A program made the position numbers and the translations under genes. Shown here in pieces: positions 47,264 through 57,114 of a DNA stretch of 60,009 bases (the stretch's first letter is position 1; every line of letters begins with the position of its first letter). The notes under the pieces were generated by a model. It searched no databases, was not told the DNA's origin, and worked only from the letters and a program-made list of their open reading frames with translations. The DNA is from Methanothrix sp. (GTDB taxonomy: Archaea > Halobacteriota > Methanosarcinia > Methanotrichales > Methanotrichaceae), in assembly GCA_037128175.1 (NCBI GenBank), contig JBAXWY010000012.1, forward strand, positions 1 through 60,009, in the 5' to 3' direction.

Positions 47264-47916
47264 GAAATCACCACCGGACTGGTCAGATAGAGAGTGATAA
47301 GCGCTATGACTACAAGAGTGGCATAAAGAATATCGTGCTGGCGGAATAGGAACAATCCCACCACAAGAAAGATGCCGCCCAAGATAATCATGACGCGAAG
47401 ATCTCGAATTTTGGGATAGGAGATGCTGCTTGTCATGAGCAGCGCCAAAAACAGCATGAGGACAATGGTGAGTGTCGGCCTGCCCAAAAGGACGCTGGCG
47501 GAAAGAGCTATGCCGGCGGCCGGAATAGGAAGTCCCTCAAAGAACGAATCGCTTTTGCCGGAGACGACATTAAATCTGGCCAGGCGCAGCGTCCCGCAGA
47601 GCAGGAAGAAAATGCCCACCGGCCAAATGTAGGAAGGAAGATGAAAGGCGGAGATGGCAAGAAAAACAGGTGCTGTGCCAAAGGAGATCAGGTCTGCTAA
47701 AGAGTCCAGGTTGGCGCCCAGGGGACTGCCGCCCACCTTTCTCGCCAAAAACCCATCCAGACCGTCGGCCATTGCTGCCAGAAGTATGAACACTACGGCA
47801 TACTGGGGATAAATGCTGCCCCAGGCTCCGCCCGCGGCAAGAAGTGCCAGAAATCCGAAAACGACATTTAAAAGCGTGAATAAGTCCGGCAGCCGAATAA
47901 CCCGGAAGACATTCAT
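47242..47916 (-). CDS. pssA: Archaetidylserine synthase (CDP-alcohol phosphatidyltransferase)
   Basis: DGLDGFLAR...G..LDSLADLISFG, LRLARFN, FEGLPIP. Confidence 0.9.
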   Translation of the reverse strand: MNVFRVIRLPDLFTLLNVVFGFLALLAAGGAWGSIYPQYAVVFILLAAMADGLDGFLARKVGGSPLGANLDSLADLISFGTAPVFLAISAFHLPSYIWPVGIFFLLCGTLRLARFNVVSGKSDSFFEGLPIPAAGIALSASVLLGRPTLTIVLMLFLALLMTSSISYPKIRDLRVMIILGGIFLVVGLFLFRQHDILYATLVVIALITLYLTSPVVISRLRKRR

Positions 47917-48500
47917 GAGCTCCTCACTGCAACCACCGTTTCTCCCGCTCGGACTTTGTCGCCCTTATTTACCAACAGATTGTAGCCGCAGGGAATGCTA
48001 ACTTCTACTCTCGAGCCGAAACGGATCATGCCAATTCTTTCTCCTCGCGAGACCTGATCACCGGGTTGAACGTAGCAGATGATCTTTCGGACCAGAGTTC
48101 CCGTTATCTGGCATAGCTCCATTTCACCGTCATCGGTCTCCAAATACATCCTGTTCTGCTGATTCTTGCAGGCCCGCTTCATAAAAGCAGGCCGGTGGGT
48201 GCCTTTCCTGTATTCGATATCGCGCACCACTCCGTCCAATGGTGCTCGGTTTACATGCACATTGGAGGGACTCATAAAGATGGTAATCTTCTGCGGCGTG
48301 GCCTGAATAATTTTTCCGTCGGCTGGCGAAAGCATGCCTTCCCCCCCCGGAAGGCGATCCGGGTCCCGGTGAAAGAATATCATGAAAACAAATCCAGCTA
48401 AAGCAACGCCCGTCATGTACCAGTGTCCTGCTACGGCCAGCGCAGCACTGAGAAACATGGGCACCGATATCCATGCGGTGGAATTTCTTGCCAGCTTCAT
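47913..48500 (-). CDS. psd: Archaetidylserine (phosphatidylserine) decarboxylase
   Basis: FHRDPDR, SPADG, HVNRAP, GMIRFGSRV pyruvoyl cleavage motif. Confidence 0.9.
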   Translation of the reverse strand: MKLARNSTAWISVPMFLSAALAVAGHWYMTGVALAGFVFMIFFHRDPDRLPGGEGMLSPADGKIIQATPQKITIFMSPSNVHVNRAPLDGVVRDIEYRKGTHRPAFMKRACKNQQNRMYLETDDGEMELCQITGTLVRKIICYVQPGDQVSRGERIGMIRFGSRVEVSIPCGYNLLVNKGDKVRAGETVVAVRSS

Positions 48501-49276
48501 GCTGCATCTCCTCTTCCAGGCTTGATCTCTGCTGCCAGCTCATCAATGATTGACAAAAGCTCCGGCAAGAGCAGGAATACCAGGTAAGATATGGCCAGGA
48601 GCGCTAATGTCGATCCTACTTTGGCAATTATATTATGAGCGATATCAAAGCTGCCTTCCCCAAACCAGCTCCATCCGTAGGCCATGAGTACAAATCCATT
48701 TCTCACAATGTTCAAGAGATATATGGAGAATGTGGATGCAGCCAGCGCCGCAAGCTTGCGACCCAGTGGTGCCTCAACCGACAAAATCACTCCGGCAAAA
48801 AGGGCAATGCTCTCAATGGCCGTGCAGGCCAGGATGATCTGCACCGACCGGCCGTTGAGGCTCATTATGTTCCAGCTCTCCATGATCACGGGTACGGAGA
48901 GGAATTGTAGCATCTTTGCGGTTACAAGGGTGGTAAATCCAATCAGCCATACCTGAAGGACCTGTATTTCGGCAAATGGAAAATAGATAATTCCACAGAC
49001 GGCAGCCGCATAGCTCGCCCAATAGCATGCCTTTGATGAAAAGCCCCTGTTCATAACAATCCAGGCCATGTAGAAGCTCAAGAGACCTGCCACTAAAAAG
49101 AGGGCCACATTGAAGTAGTCCTCGATGGCCAGATAATGCTCGATCTGGCCTAGCCAGAAGAAGGCAAAGAGGGCCCATCCAGGAACTGCGATACGGCTGA
49201 TCCTGGTCAGGGCCGATGCTAGGAGTAGAACCAAGCTAATCCAGAGCAGATAGGAAACCAGCCATTCCAGCATCAT
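48497..49276 (-). CDS. artA: Archaeosortase A
   Basis: Multi-TM; IILACTAIESIALF (catalytic Cys), LNIVRN, AHN; start placed at MMLEW. Confidence 0.88.
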   Translation of the reverse strand: MMLEWLVSYLLWISLVLLLASALTRISRIAVPGWALFAFFWLGQIEHYLAIEDYFNVALFLVAGLLSFYMAWIVMNRGFSSKACYWASYAAAVCGIIYFPFAEIQVLQVWLIGFTTLVTAKMLQFLSVPVIMESWNIMSLNGRSVQIILACTAIESIALFAGVILSVEAPLGRKLAALAASTFSIYLLNIVRNGFVLMAYGWSWFGEGSFDIAHNIIAKVGSTLALLAISYLVFLLLPELLSIIDELAAEIKPGRGDAA

Positions 49277-49352
49277 CAATCCTAGAAGTACCACAGGTTT
49301 ATTTAGCATTATCTACTTACATCTGATTTTAGGGTAGGGACCAGGGATCTAT

Positions 49353-52300
49353 ATGAATCGAAATATTTTAATTATTATCTGCTTAATTTTGACCGCTTTC
49401 TCCTTGGCACAGGCAGCAAAGCTTCCTTCTACTGCCGATCAGAAGATCGATCCAGAGCTTTCACACCTGCTCGCTAAGCAAGGGGATGGACTGATCCATG
49501 CGGAAAAGATCCCTGTAATTGTGATGCTCAAATCGGCCGTCCCTTCCAATCCAAACCGTCTTATCCCGGAGAACCTCATTTCTAACGACCTCACGGTTAG
49601 GTACCGGTATAGTCTCATCCCCGGTCTGGCAGGAGAGGCTACGGCGATTGCCATAAAAAAGATTGCAGAAAGCGACCTGGTATCGGGAATTTATTTTGAT
49701 GGCAGAACACAAATATCTTCACTCGACGACAACGCATCTCTGGATGAATCGCTCTCTCTGGATAAATATATTTCTCCTGCTCAAATTATAAAGGCGGACA
49801 AGCTTTGGGAAAAGGGGATCGACGGTCAGGGAATAACCGTGGCGGTAATCGATTCAGGGATAGATAAAAATCACCCTGACCTGATCGGCAAGGTAGTAGC
49901 CGAGAAGAATTTCCTGGCAGATGAGATTACGGCAGACGATCTGCTGGGACACGGAACAATGGTGGCCGGAATCATTGCCGGCTCAGGTACGGCCTCCAAT
50001 GGAAAATACAAAGGAATTGCTCCCGGAGCAAAGCTGATCAGTGTCAAAGTAATCGATGGCAAAGGGGACGGCAAAGTTTCGGATATCATCGCTGGAATTG
50101 AGTGGGCCGTTTACAATGGGGCTGATGTCCTTAGCCTGAGCCTGGGTGGCATAAATCTGGGCGAGACCAATCCGCCCATAACCATGGCTGCGGACAATGC
50201 CGCAGGTGCCGGAGTCGTGGTCTGTGTGGCGGCAGGCAACCGCAACAGCAGTGAAACAGGGGGCCAGGTGGCAGGAACCACAAGCCGCCAGGTTGGCCGG
50301 GGGACACCCGCAGACTTATCCCAGACCGACGGGGCCAAAAAGGATGTATATTATCTCCTCGTCCCAATCGTCCTGGCTCTTCCGCCGGGCTTGATCGACT
50401 CCCCGGGTGATGGTGTAAAGGTTATCACCGTGGGAGCCACGGATGCGAAGGGCCACATCGCCGGATTTTCCGGTTCAGGGCCCACCAGGGACGATCGGAT
50501 CAAGCCCGACGTTGTGGCACCGGGCGTTGATATCATCTCCATTGTGCCCGTCGGTGTGAAAAGGCCGAAATCCGTAGATATTTATTATTCTCAAGAGTCG
50601 GGCACCAGCCTATCCGCACCAGTAGCGTCGGGCATGGCTGCACTGCTCTTGCAGGCCAACAAAAACCTGAGCGCGGCAGGCGTCAAAGCGGTCATGACCC
50701 GGGGAGCAAAAAAACTGGATAGCACCCTGGGCGAAAGTTACGAAGAGTACTATCAAGGCGCAGGAATGCTGGATGCGCTTTCTTCTTATGATCTACTTTT
50801 GAATAATAGTAATAATAGTAATCTCTGTGGAGCGATTCCGGATCGCTGGACGGCAGGTCGCTGGGCATACCTGCCGGCAGGAAAAGGAGTATATGTGGGG
50901 CTGGATACGGGCGCAGACAGGCCGCAAAAGAAAATATACGCTCTGGCTCCGGGCGATGAAGACTGGAATTTGCGCTTTGTGTTTTTCAGCGATAAGGAGA
51001 TCAAAAACCTCAAGACTTCAGTGCAGGGTGATGTAGCCGGTTGGGTAAGCCTGCAAACGTTGCCGGAAACGATTCTGGCCAACGATCAGTTTGTATTTGC
51101 GGCTTCGATTACTGTGCCGCAGGATGCCCTTCCCGGGCATTATAACTGCACCATTGAGTTCTCAAAAGAAAATGAGAATCTTCTCCAGATTCCCATCAGC
51201 GTGAATGTGGCCATGCCCTTGAATATCTCCCAGGGAGTAGCCAATAAGACAGGATCACTTATTGGAAACGAATGGCATTACTACTATCTGGAGATGAAGC
51301 CCGGAACCACTGAGTTTGAAGCATCTCTAAAGTGGCAGCAGGACACCAACCTGGACCTATTCCTGCTCTCCCCCACCAGCGAGTATTACACCGGTGAGAA
51401 GATAAGCCGGCAAGAGAAAAAGAAGATACAGAGCCCGTCATCGGGAAAATGGCTTATTGCCGTACATAGTGAAAATGCATCGCAGGTGGCCAATTACACA
51501 CTGCAGGTAGAACGATCTCAGTTGGAGACTTCACCTATACGTTGGAGTCTGGAGTCTGCATCTGCCGGCACGAGCACGAAGACTCAGTTTGCACTGAGGA
51601 ACCTTGGACGGTCTCTGCAAAACCTCAGCTATAGCGGGGTGATCGAGAACACCACTATCCGGGAGTTTGAGGGCCATGTGGGATATAAAGAAACATGGAA
51701 TAAAACCGTAAATGTCACAAAGAGTACAAAAAAGATCTCGGCAGAGTTAAGCTCAGTTGGTGGCAGCAACGACAGCGAGGTTGCGCTTGTCTTCGAGAAT
51801 CCCAAGGGCACTGCCAGCGAGGAGAACGTGGCCTTGGGAACGGGCGATATCGGTCCTGTGGAAATCAGCAATCCTATGTTGGGCAACTGGACGCTAAAGG
51901 TTTACGGATACAACGTTCCTGAGTCGGGAGAGTCTTTTAGAGTTCGTGTCAAGGAATATGCAGAGGAAGAGTGGACCTGGATCACAACCAGCGGCCCAGA
52001 GCGATTAGAGAGCGACTCCAATGGGACGGTGGAGGCAAATCTCACCATACCAGAAGGTACATGGCTTCCCAGGCTGGATGGATACATAAAAATCTCTTCA
52101 GACAGCCACACCTTTGAGATTCCGGTGAGCGTGACCATAGCAGGCAGCAGGCTGACGGGCCTGACAGAAGAAAAGGCAATTGATCGCGACAAGGACGGCC
52201 TCTTTGACGACCTGACTTTGGACTTTGGCCTGAACATCACAGCGCCCGGAGAGTTTCGGCTAAACGGGGTGCTTGTCGATTGCAGCGGCAACTGGATTGG

Positions 52301-52934
52301 AACAATAGATCGCAGCTTTCTGCTCAAAGAGAGCGGAAGCATAATGGTCAACGCCAGCGGCACCGATATTTGGAGATATGGCAAGTGCGGGCCACTACGA
52401 ATTCAAAACCTGATACTTTACGATAAGAGTGGAAGCTACATCGATCGGTTCGACAAAGAGATCATCATAAACCGGGAGCCAAAAGAGTTCCAGCCACCAG
52501 TCGCCTATTTGACCGGCGAGTATGTCAACCGGACGACCCGCTCCGCCATAGTCATCGGGGTAAATGTGACTGTCATCAAGCCCGGCCGGTACAAGCTGCA
52601 GGGCATCATTGTGGATGACGCCGGCGACGAAGTAGGAGAAAAGATCGTAGAGAGCAATCTCTACGCCGGCAATGTTACAATGCTGCTGCAGTTTGATCCC
52701 GCGCTCTTCAGGAGCCTGGGCGAGGTCTCAGCGGTGCATCTGGTGGATCTGGTCCTGAGCCAGGGGACGCGGTCGCTGGAGAGAAGGGAGGAAGCTTGGA
52801 GTTCGCAGGATATGGACCCGCAGGCATTCGAGGTTGGCACGGAGGTGAGGAGCAGTTCTTCCGGGCGACCTGTGGTCAAGCTGGGCGGCGCCAGCGGGGT
52901 GCGGCTGGAGAACGGAACGGCGGTCATATCCTGA
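49353..52934 (+). CDS. Secreted subtilisin-like S8 serine protease with PPC/Ig-like C-terminal domains
   Basis: Signal peptide; VAVIDSG, GHGTMVAG, SGTSLSAP triad motifs; DLDL-type PPC motif. Confidence 0.9.
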   Translation: MNRNILIIICLILTAFSLAQAAKLPSTADQKIDPELSHLLAKQGDGLIHAEKIPVIVMLKSAVPSNPNRLIPENLISNDLTVRYRYSLIPGLAGEATAIAIKKIAESDLVSGIYFDGRTQISSLDDNASLDESLSLDKYISPAQIIKADKLWEKGIDGQGITVAVIDSGIDKNHPDLIGKVVAEKNFLADEITADDLLGHGTMVAGIIAGSGTASNGKYKGIAPGAKLISVKVIDGKGDGKVSDIIAGIEWAVYNGADVLSLSLGGINLGETNPPITMAADNAAGAGVVVCVAAGNRNSSETGGQVAGTTSRQVGRGTPADLSQTDGAKKDVYYLLVPIVLALPPGLIDSPGDGVKVITVGATDAKGHIAGFSGSGPTRDDRIKPDVVAPGVDIISIVPVGVKRPKSVDIYYSQESGTSLSAPVASGMAALLLQANKNLSAAGVKAVMTRGAKKLDSTLGESYEEYYQGAGMLDALSSYDLLLNNSNNSNLCGAIPDRWTAGRWAYLPAGKGVYVGLDTGADRPQKKIYALAPGDEDWNLRFVFFSDKEIKNLKTSVQGDVAGWVSLQTLPETILANDQFVFAASITVPQDALPGHYNCTIEFSKENENLLQIPISVNVAMPLNISQGVANKTGSLIGNEWHYYYLEMKPGTTEFEASLKWQQDTNLDLFLLSPTSEYYTGEKISRQEKKKIQSPSSGKWLIAVHSENASQVANYTLQVERSQLETSPIRWSLESASAGTSTKTQFALRNLGRSLQNLSYSGVIENTTIREFEGHVGYKETWNKTVNVTKSTKKISAELSSVGGSNDSEVALVFENPKGTASEENVALGTGDIGPVEISNPMLGNWTLKVYGYNVPESGESFRVRVKEYAEEEWTWITTSGPERLESDSNGTVEANLTIPEGTWLPRLDGYIKISSDSHTFEIPVSVTIAGSRLTGLTEEKAIDRDKDGLFDDLTLDFGLNITAPGEFRLNGVLVDCSGNWIGTIDRSFLLKESGSIMVNASGTDIWRYGKCGPLRIQNLILYDKSGSYIDRFDKEIIINREPKEFQPPVAYLTGEYVNRTTRSAIVIGVNVTVIKPGRYKLQGIIVDDAGDEVGEKIVESNLYAGNVTMLLQFDPALFRSLGEVSAVHLVDLVLSQGTRSLERREEAWSSQDMDPQAFEVGTEVRSSSSGRPVVKLGGASGVRLENGTAVIS

Positions 52935-52976
52935 CTTGGGAATTAGGCACACCACATAATTTCGCGCCTATGCACC

Positions 52977-53530
52977 TTCTCGCGTCTCTGCGGTTAATAT
53001 TAGTAGCTGAATAATCAAACTCTGGGGGTTACGAAATTATACCGCAGAGTCGCAGAGAACGCAGAGGACGAACGAACGGAGACGACGACCAAAGTGGATT
53101 TTGGATCATAAAAGAAGAGAGTCAATTTTTCCGACAGCCCTCCACGCGCCCGCCCGTACTCGCGCGGGACGCGGGCTCGTTCCCGTACCCGCAGGCGGGA
53201 GCCATTGCCTGCGAGCACCTTCGCATGACCAGGTCGTAGCTTTTCTAAACTAAAAAACATATTTTCCATAAAGCCTCCAATCTCATCAACGTCTTCCATC
53301 GTATTGTTTCAAAGCCCGCCTGACGTTGAGGGCGCCCGAGCACTTCCGCGCGCAACACCCGTGCGCGGCACTCCGGCAGATAGACGGCAGGAGGAAACGC
53401 AAACTGCCCCAAAGCACAAACTCCTGAAAACCAGAGACAAACGCCATCTCAATGCGTTGCCAGCGATAATTAAACCCACGGGTACGGAAATTATACCACA
53501 GAGGCACAGAGCACACAGAGGACGGACGCG
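52977..53530. repeat. Nest of ACAGAG/GCAGAG-periodic repeats and GC-rich elements
   Basis: ctcgcgtctctgcggt (~52980) inverted to accgcagagtcgcagag (53041); direct repeat gaaattatacc(g/a)cagag..cagag...cagaggacg at ~53033 and ~53488. Confidence 0.7.
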
Positions 53531-53601
53531 GAGACTTTAATTCCGTCCAAGAGGAGAGATTAAAAGCGTAGACTGGAATTGTAGATTGCAAAGGATCTCA
53601 G

Positions 53602-54597
53602 ATGTCGCTCTTTCACATAACTCGTCAATCGGGCATCCCCCTGGTGGGGTGCATCTACTTCGGCGTGGTCGATCGGGGCAGCAGCCTGCTGCAGATCAGG
53701 CCGAGCTGCGGCTGCAATCTCAATTGCCCCTTCTGCTCAGTGGATGCGGGCCCGCACTCGCGGTCACGCGTCACAGACTACCAGGTGGAGCTGGACTATC
53801 TGATGGAGGCGGTGGAGGAGATCGCTCCCTTTAAGGGGCCGGGGGTTGAATGCCACATCGACTCACCTGGGGAACCCATGCTCTATCCGGATATCGTGCC
53901 GCTGGTAGAGCGGCTCAAGGCCATAAAAGAGGTTAGCGTTGTCTCCATGCAGAGCAACGGCACTCTCTTTGATGAAGAGCGAATCCGGGCACTGGAAGAG
54001 GCCGGATTGGATAGGATCAACCTCTCCATTCATTCTCTGCAGCCGGAGAAAGCGGCCTTTCTGGCGGGCATGCCCGGCTTTGACATCGAAAAGATAAAAC
54101 AGTCGGCAAAGAGCATTGCCGAAAGCAAGATCGACCTCATGATTGCGCCCGTTTTAATTCCGGGCATCAACGACGAGGATATGCCAGAGCTTATCCGCTT
54201 CGCCCAGGAGATAGGCGCGGGAAAGAGGTGGCCGCCCCTGGGAATCCAGAAGTTCGAGCACTACCGGCTGGGCCGATCACCAGGTAAGGTCAAGGCCCAG
54301 AACTGGTGGCAATTCTACAATCGTAGCATGAGCGAATGGGAGAAGCAGTTCTCCATTCCCCTTCGCCTCAAGGCCCAGGATTTCAAGATTGAGAGGCGGC
54401 CCGTGATCCCCACGGTCTTTGAGAAGAAAGAGAAGACCTGGGTGGAGATCAAGGCACCGGGTTGGGTGAGCGGAGAACAATTAGGTGTCGCGAAAAACCG
54501 GGTCGTATCGGTGGTGGACTGCCCCATAAAGCTAGGCAGCGTGCGGGTGCAGATTGTGAGCAACAAGCACAACATCTACGTGGCGGTGCCGTGCTGA
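53602..54597 (+). CDS. Archaeal radical SAM protein with C-terminal TRAM-like domain
   Basis: CNLNCPFC motif, GEP, QSNG, PGIND. Confidence 0.88.
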   Translation: MSLFHITRQSGIPLVGCIYFGVVDRGSSLLQIRPSCGCNLNCPFCSVDAGPHSRSRVTDYQVELDYLMEAVEEIAPFKGPGVECHIDSPGEPMLYPDIVPLVERLKAIKEVSVVSMQSNGTLFDEERIRALEEAGLDRINLSIHSLQPEKAAFLAGMPGFDIEKIKQSAKSIAESKIDLMIAPVLIPGINDEDMPELIRFAQEIGAGKRWPPLGIQKFEHYRLGRSPGKVKAQNWWQFYNRSMSEWEKQFSIPLRLKAQDFKIERRPVIPTVFEKKEKTWVEIKAPGWVSGEQLGVAKNRVVSVVDCPIKLGSVRVQIVSNKHNIYVAVPC

Positions 54598-54641
54598 ATA
54601 TTATGCTGTCCTAAACATTGTTCCTGATGATACCGCTAACT

Positions 54642-55331
54642 CTAAATGTCTCTGGACATGCGCGAGAGCCGGTTGATCAGCCATTTGGTGAGAAATCCCG
54701 TCAAGAAGCAGATGAACATGATGGAAAACTCCCGGCTCTGGGAGCTGCCGTCCATGGCGATAAAGCCGGAGCTGACGAACAGATAGGCCATGAAGCCGAA
54801 GACCATGGCCAGCAGCGGTATGGCCATGTACCAGAGTCTCTTGTAGCGCGAGGCCATACCATAGCGACGCAGGTCGTCGGCAATCCCCGTCATTATCTGG
54901 GCAGAGGAGCCCAGGCCCGCGAAGAACGAGGACCAGAGGGGCACGCCCAGAACGCTCACCTCGGAGAATCTGGTGATCAAAAAGCTGAAGAGAATGATGG
55001 CCAGAGAGGCAAAGATCACGGCATAAAGCCCGTAGAGCTTGAAGAAGTAAGAGAGGGTGCGCAGGCTATGAAACCGGGAGCCTTTGATCTTGATCTTGGA
55101 ATCGTTGATGGCAGAGGTAAGCTCGTACCTGGCCCGGTCGCAGTAGAGGAATGACTCGGAGAGGTTCTCCTTGTTGAACTCCTTTAAGGCCAGGACGTAA
55201 AAATCATAGCTGTCTTTTATGTCGATGGAACTTCGGTGGGCTGCCTGAAGCATGCGGTCCAGTCTCTTGAGGTCTACTTCCACCTCAGAGCATGATTGCG
55301 GGATAGAACAGGCTTTAGAGTCAGTGTCCAC
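54642..55331 (-). CDS. Membrane protein, function unknown
   Basis: Soluble N-terminus followed by four hydrophobic segments. Confidence 0.7.
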   Translation of the reverse strand: MDTDSKACSIPQSCSEVEVDLKRLDRMLQAAHRSSIDIKDSYDFYVLALKEFNKENLSESFLYCDRARYELTSAINDSKIKIKGSRFHSLRTLSYFFKLYGLYAVIFASLAIILFSFLITRFSEVSVLGVPLWSSFFAGLGSSAQIMTGIADDLRRYGMASRYKRLWYMAIPLLAMVFGFMAYLFVSSGFIAMDGSSQSREFSIMFICFLTGFLTKWLINRLSRMSRDI

Positions 55332-55503
55332 AACTAAATTAGTAACTAGATTAATATAAATAGTTTTCGTGCAACAAAGAACTCGCCTAACATATTAAAA
55401 ATAATTTTTCTTGATTTGAATGTTTGATTGTCTGAGAAAAATCATAATATATCACGATTGGACTTTTCCCCCAACATAAAATAATAGTATAATTACTATC
55501 GGA

Positions 55504-55713
55504 TCATACTATCGCCACTTTCCTCGCAGCTCTTATCTGGTGAAGAAGTTTCTCCTTAAGCGATCCCTTATGCCTTTTATTGGCAGAGGATGCGGTGGTA
55601 TACTCGGGCAATGCTATCATATGAATCTCCTCGATCATGCTCTCGGCAATGTTGCAGCATTCGTCCATGCCGCGATCCAGGGCGGAGCGGTTTTCTTTAA
55701 TAACTTCTTTCAT
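55504..55713 (-). CDS. Small hypothetical protein
   Basis: 69-aa ORF in an otherwise AT-rich intergenic region; no motif recognised. Confidence 0.4.
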   Translation of the reverse strand: MKEVIKENRSALDRGMDECCNIAESMIEEIHMIALPEYTTASSANKRHKGSLKEKLLHQIRAARKVAIV

Positions 55714-55894
55714 ACGTTTAGATAATCTGTCTTCATTAAAAAATTTTTCCCTCGTTAAAAATAGATGCGATCATCAAAAAATCCTAAGAATCAGTCAATT
55801 CTGGACCTGCCCGCGCTCATTTGCGGCGTGCAGACGGAAAGCCTAGGGCGCTAGGCCGCCATACTTTAAATACTCCGTGGAATAATTATAGGCT

Positions 55895-56458
55895 ATGCTT
55901 GATGATCAGATCTTCTGTCCTACCTGTGGTGCCGATACTGAGCATACAATGATCAAATCCGGCCAGGAGAATCTAGTGCGTTGCGAAGAATGCGAGACGG
56001 TTCATTCCGTGCAGGTAGAGCGCGAGCGGCTGGTCAATCTCAAAGTCATAGTGAGCAATGACGAGCAATCATCGCCATACTATATCCGAATCCCGGCTAA
56101 AGATGTGCTGCACGTAGGAGATGAGCTTTTGGTGGACGATCCCGCCAAAGATGTGGTCATGACAGAAATCTCATCTCTGGAGACGGATCGGAGGGTCAGC
56201 AGTGCTCCTGCTGAGACTGTAAAGGCCGTCTGGGCAAGGGCCACGGACGATGTGCCCCTCAAGATATCTGTCTATCGAAACGGCAATACCCATTCGTTCA
56301 AGATCCTCGTTTCCGGCGATGAGGTCTTTGAGGTGGGGGAAGCCCGAAAAGTGGAAGGATTCAAATTCGTGATCGTTAAGATGAAGCTGCGCGGCGAGGG
56401 TTTTGCCGATATGGCTGAGGCCAAAGACATACAACGAGTTTGGGGTCGAGAGCTTTGA
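55895..56458 (+). CDS. HVO_0476-family zinc-finger protein
   Basis: CPTC...H.......VRCEEC..VH; precedes pcm as in other Euryarchaeota. Confidence 0.8.
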   Translation: MLDDQIFCPTCGADTEHTMIKSGQENLVRCEECETVHSVQVERERLVNLKVIVSNDEQSSPYYIRIPAKDVLHVGDELLVDDPAKDVVMTEISSLETDRRVSSAPAETVKAVWARATDDVPLKISVYRNGNTHSFKILVSGDEVFEVGEARKVEGFKFVIVKMKLRGEGFADMAEAKDIQRVWGREL

Positions 56459-57084
56459 ACAGAGAGCTACTCTTGGACAGCTTGCAGGGCAGCGTAAAAG
56501 AATCTGTCATATCAGCCATGTCGCGGGTTCCAAGAGAGCTCTTTCTCCCTGTTGCACTCAAAAGCCGGGCATACGACGACACACCTCTTCCCATAGGCCT
56601 GAACCAGACCATCTCCGCTCCTCACATGGTGGCCATAATGTGCGATCTTCTCGATCTGCAGCCGGGAATGACCGTCCTGGAGGTGGGGGGAGGAAGCGGC
56701 TATCATGCCGCGGTAATGGCGGCAATGGTAGGCTCCACTGGCATGGTATATTCTGTGGAGCGCATGCCGGAGCTGGTAGCGATGGCCAAAAGGAATCTGG
56801 AAAACGCCGGCATAACCAATGTGACCATGATCGAGACCGACGGAAGCCTGGGCCTGGCGGAGCATGCCCCCTACGACCGCATAAGCGTGGCTGCGACCGC
56901 TCCCAGGATTCCCGAGCCGCTCAAGCAGCAGCTGCGGGTGGGCGGCAAAATGGTCCTTCCTGTGGGCCGGGACTATCAGGATCTTTATCTGGTGACAAGG
57001 AAGAACGGCTTTTGTGTGGAGGAGAAGATGGGCGTGATCTTCGTTCCACTCATCGGAGAAGAGGGTTTCAAAGAAAAGATCTAA
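56455..57084 (+). CDS. pcm: Protein-L-isoaspartate O-methyltransferase
   Basis: VPRELF, QTISAPHMVA, LEVGGGSGYHAA, APYDRI, FVPLIG. Confidence 0.93.
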   Translation: MNRELLLDSLQGSVKESVISAMSRVPRELFLPVALKSRAYDDTPLPIGLNQTISAPHMVAIMCDLLDLQPGMTVLEVGGGSGYHAAVMAAMVGSTGMVYSVERMPELVAMAKRNLENAGITNVTMIETDGSLGLAEHAPYDRISVAATAPRIPEPLKQQLRVGGKMVLPVGRDYQDLYLVTRKNGFCVEEKMGVIFVPLIGEEGFKEKI

Positions 57085-57114
57085 TATATTTGCGGTTACG
57101 ATGACACTTTTAGA

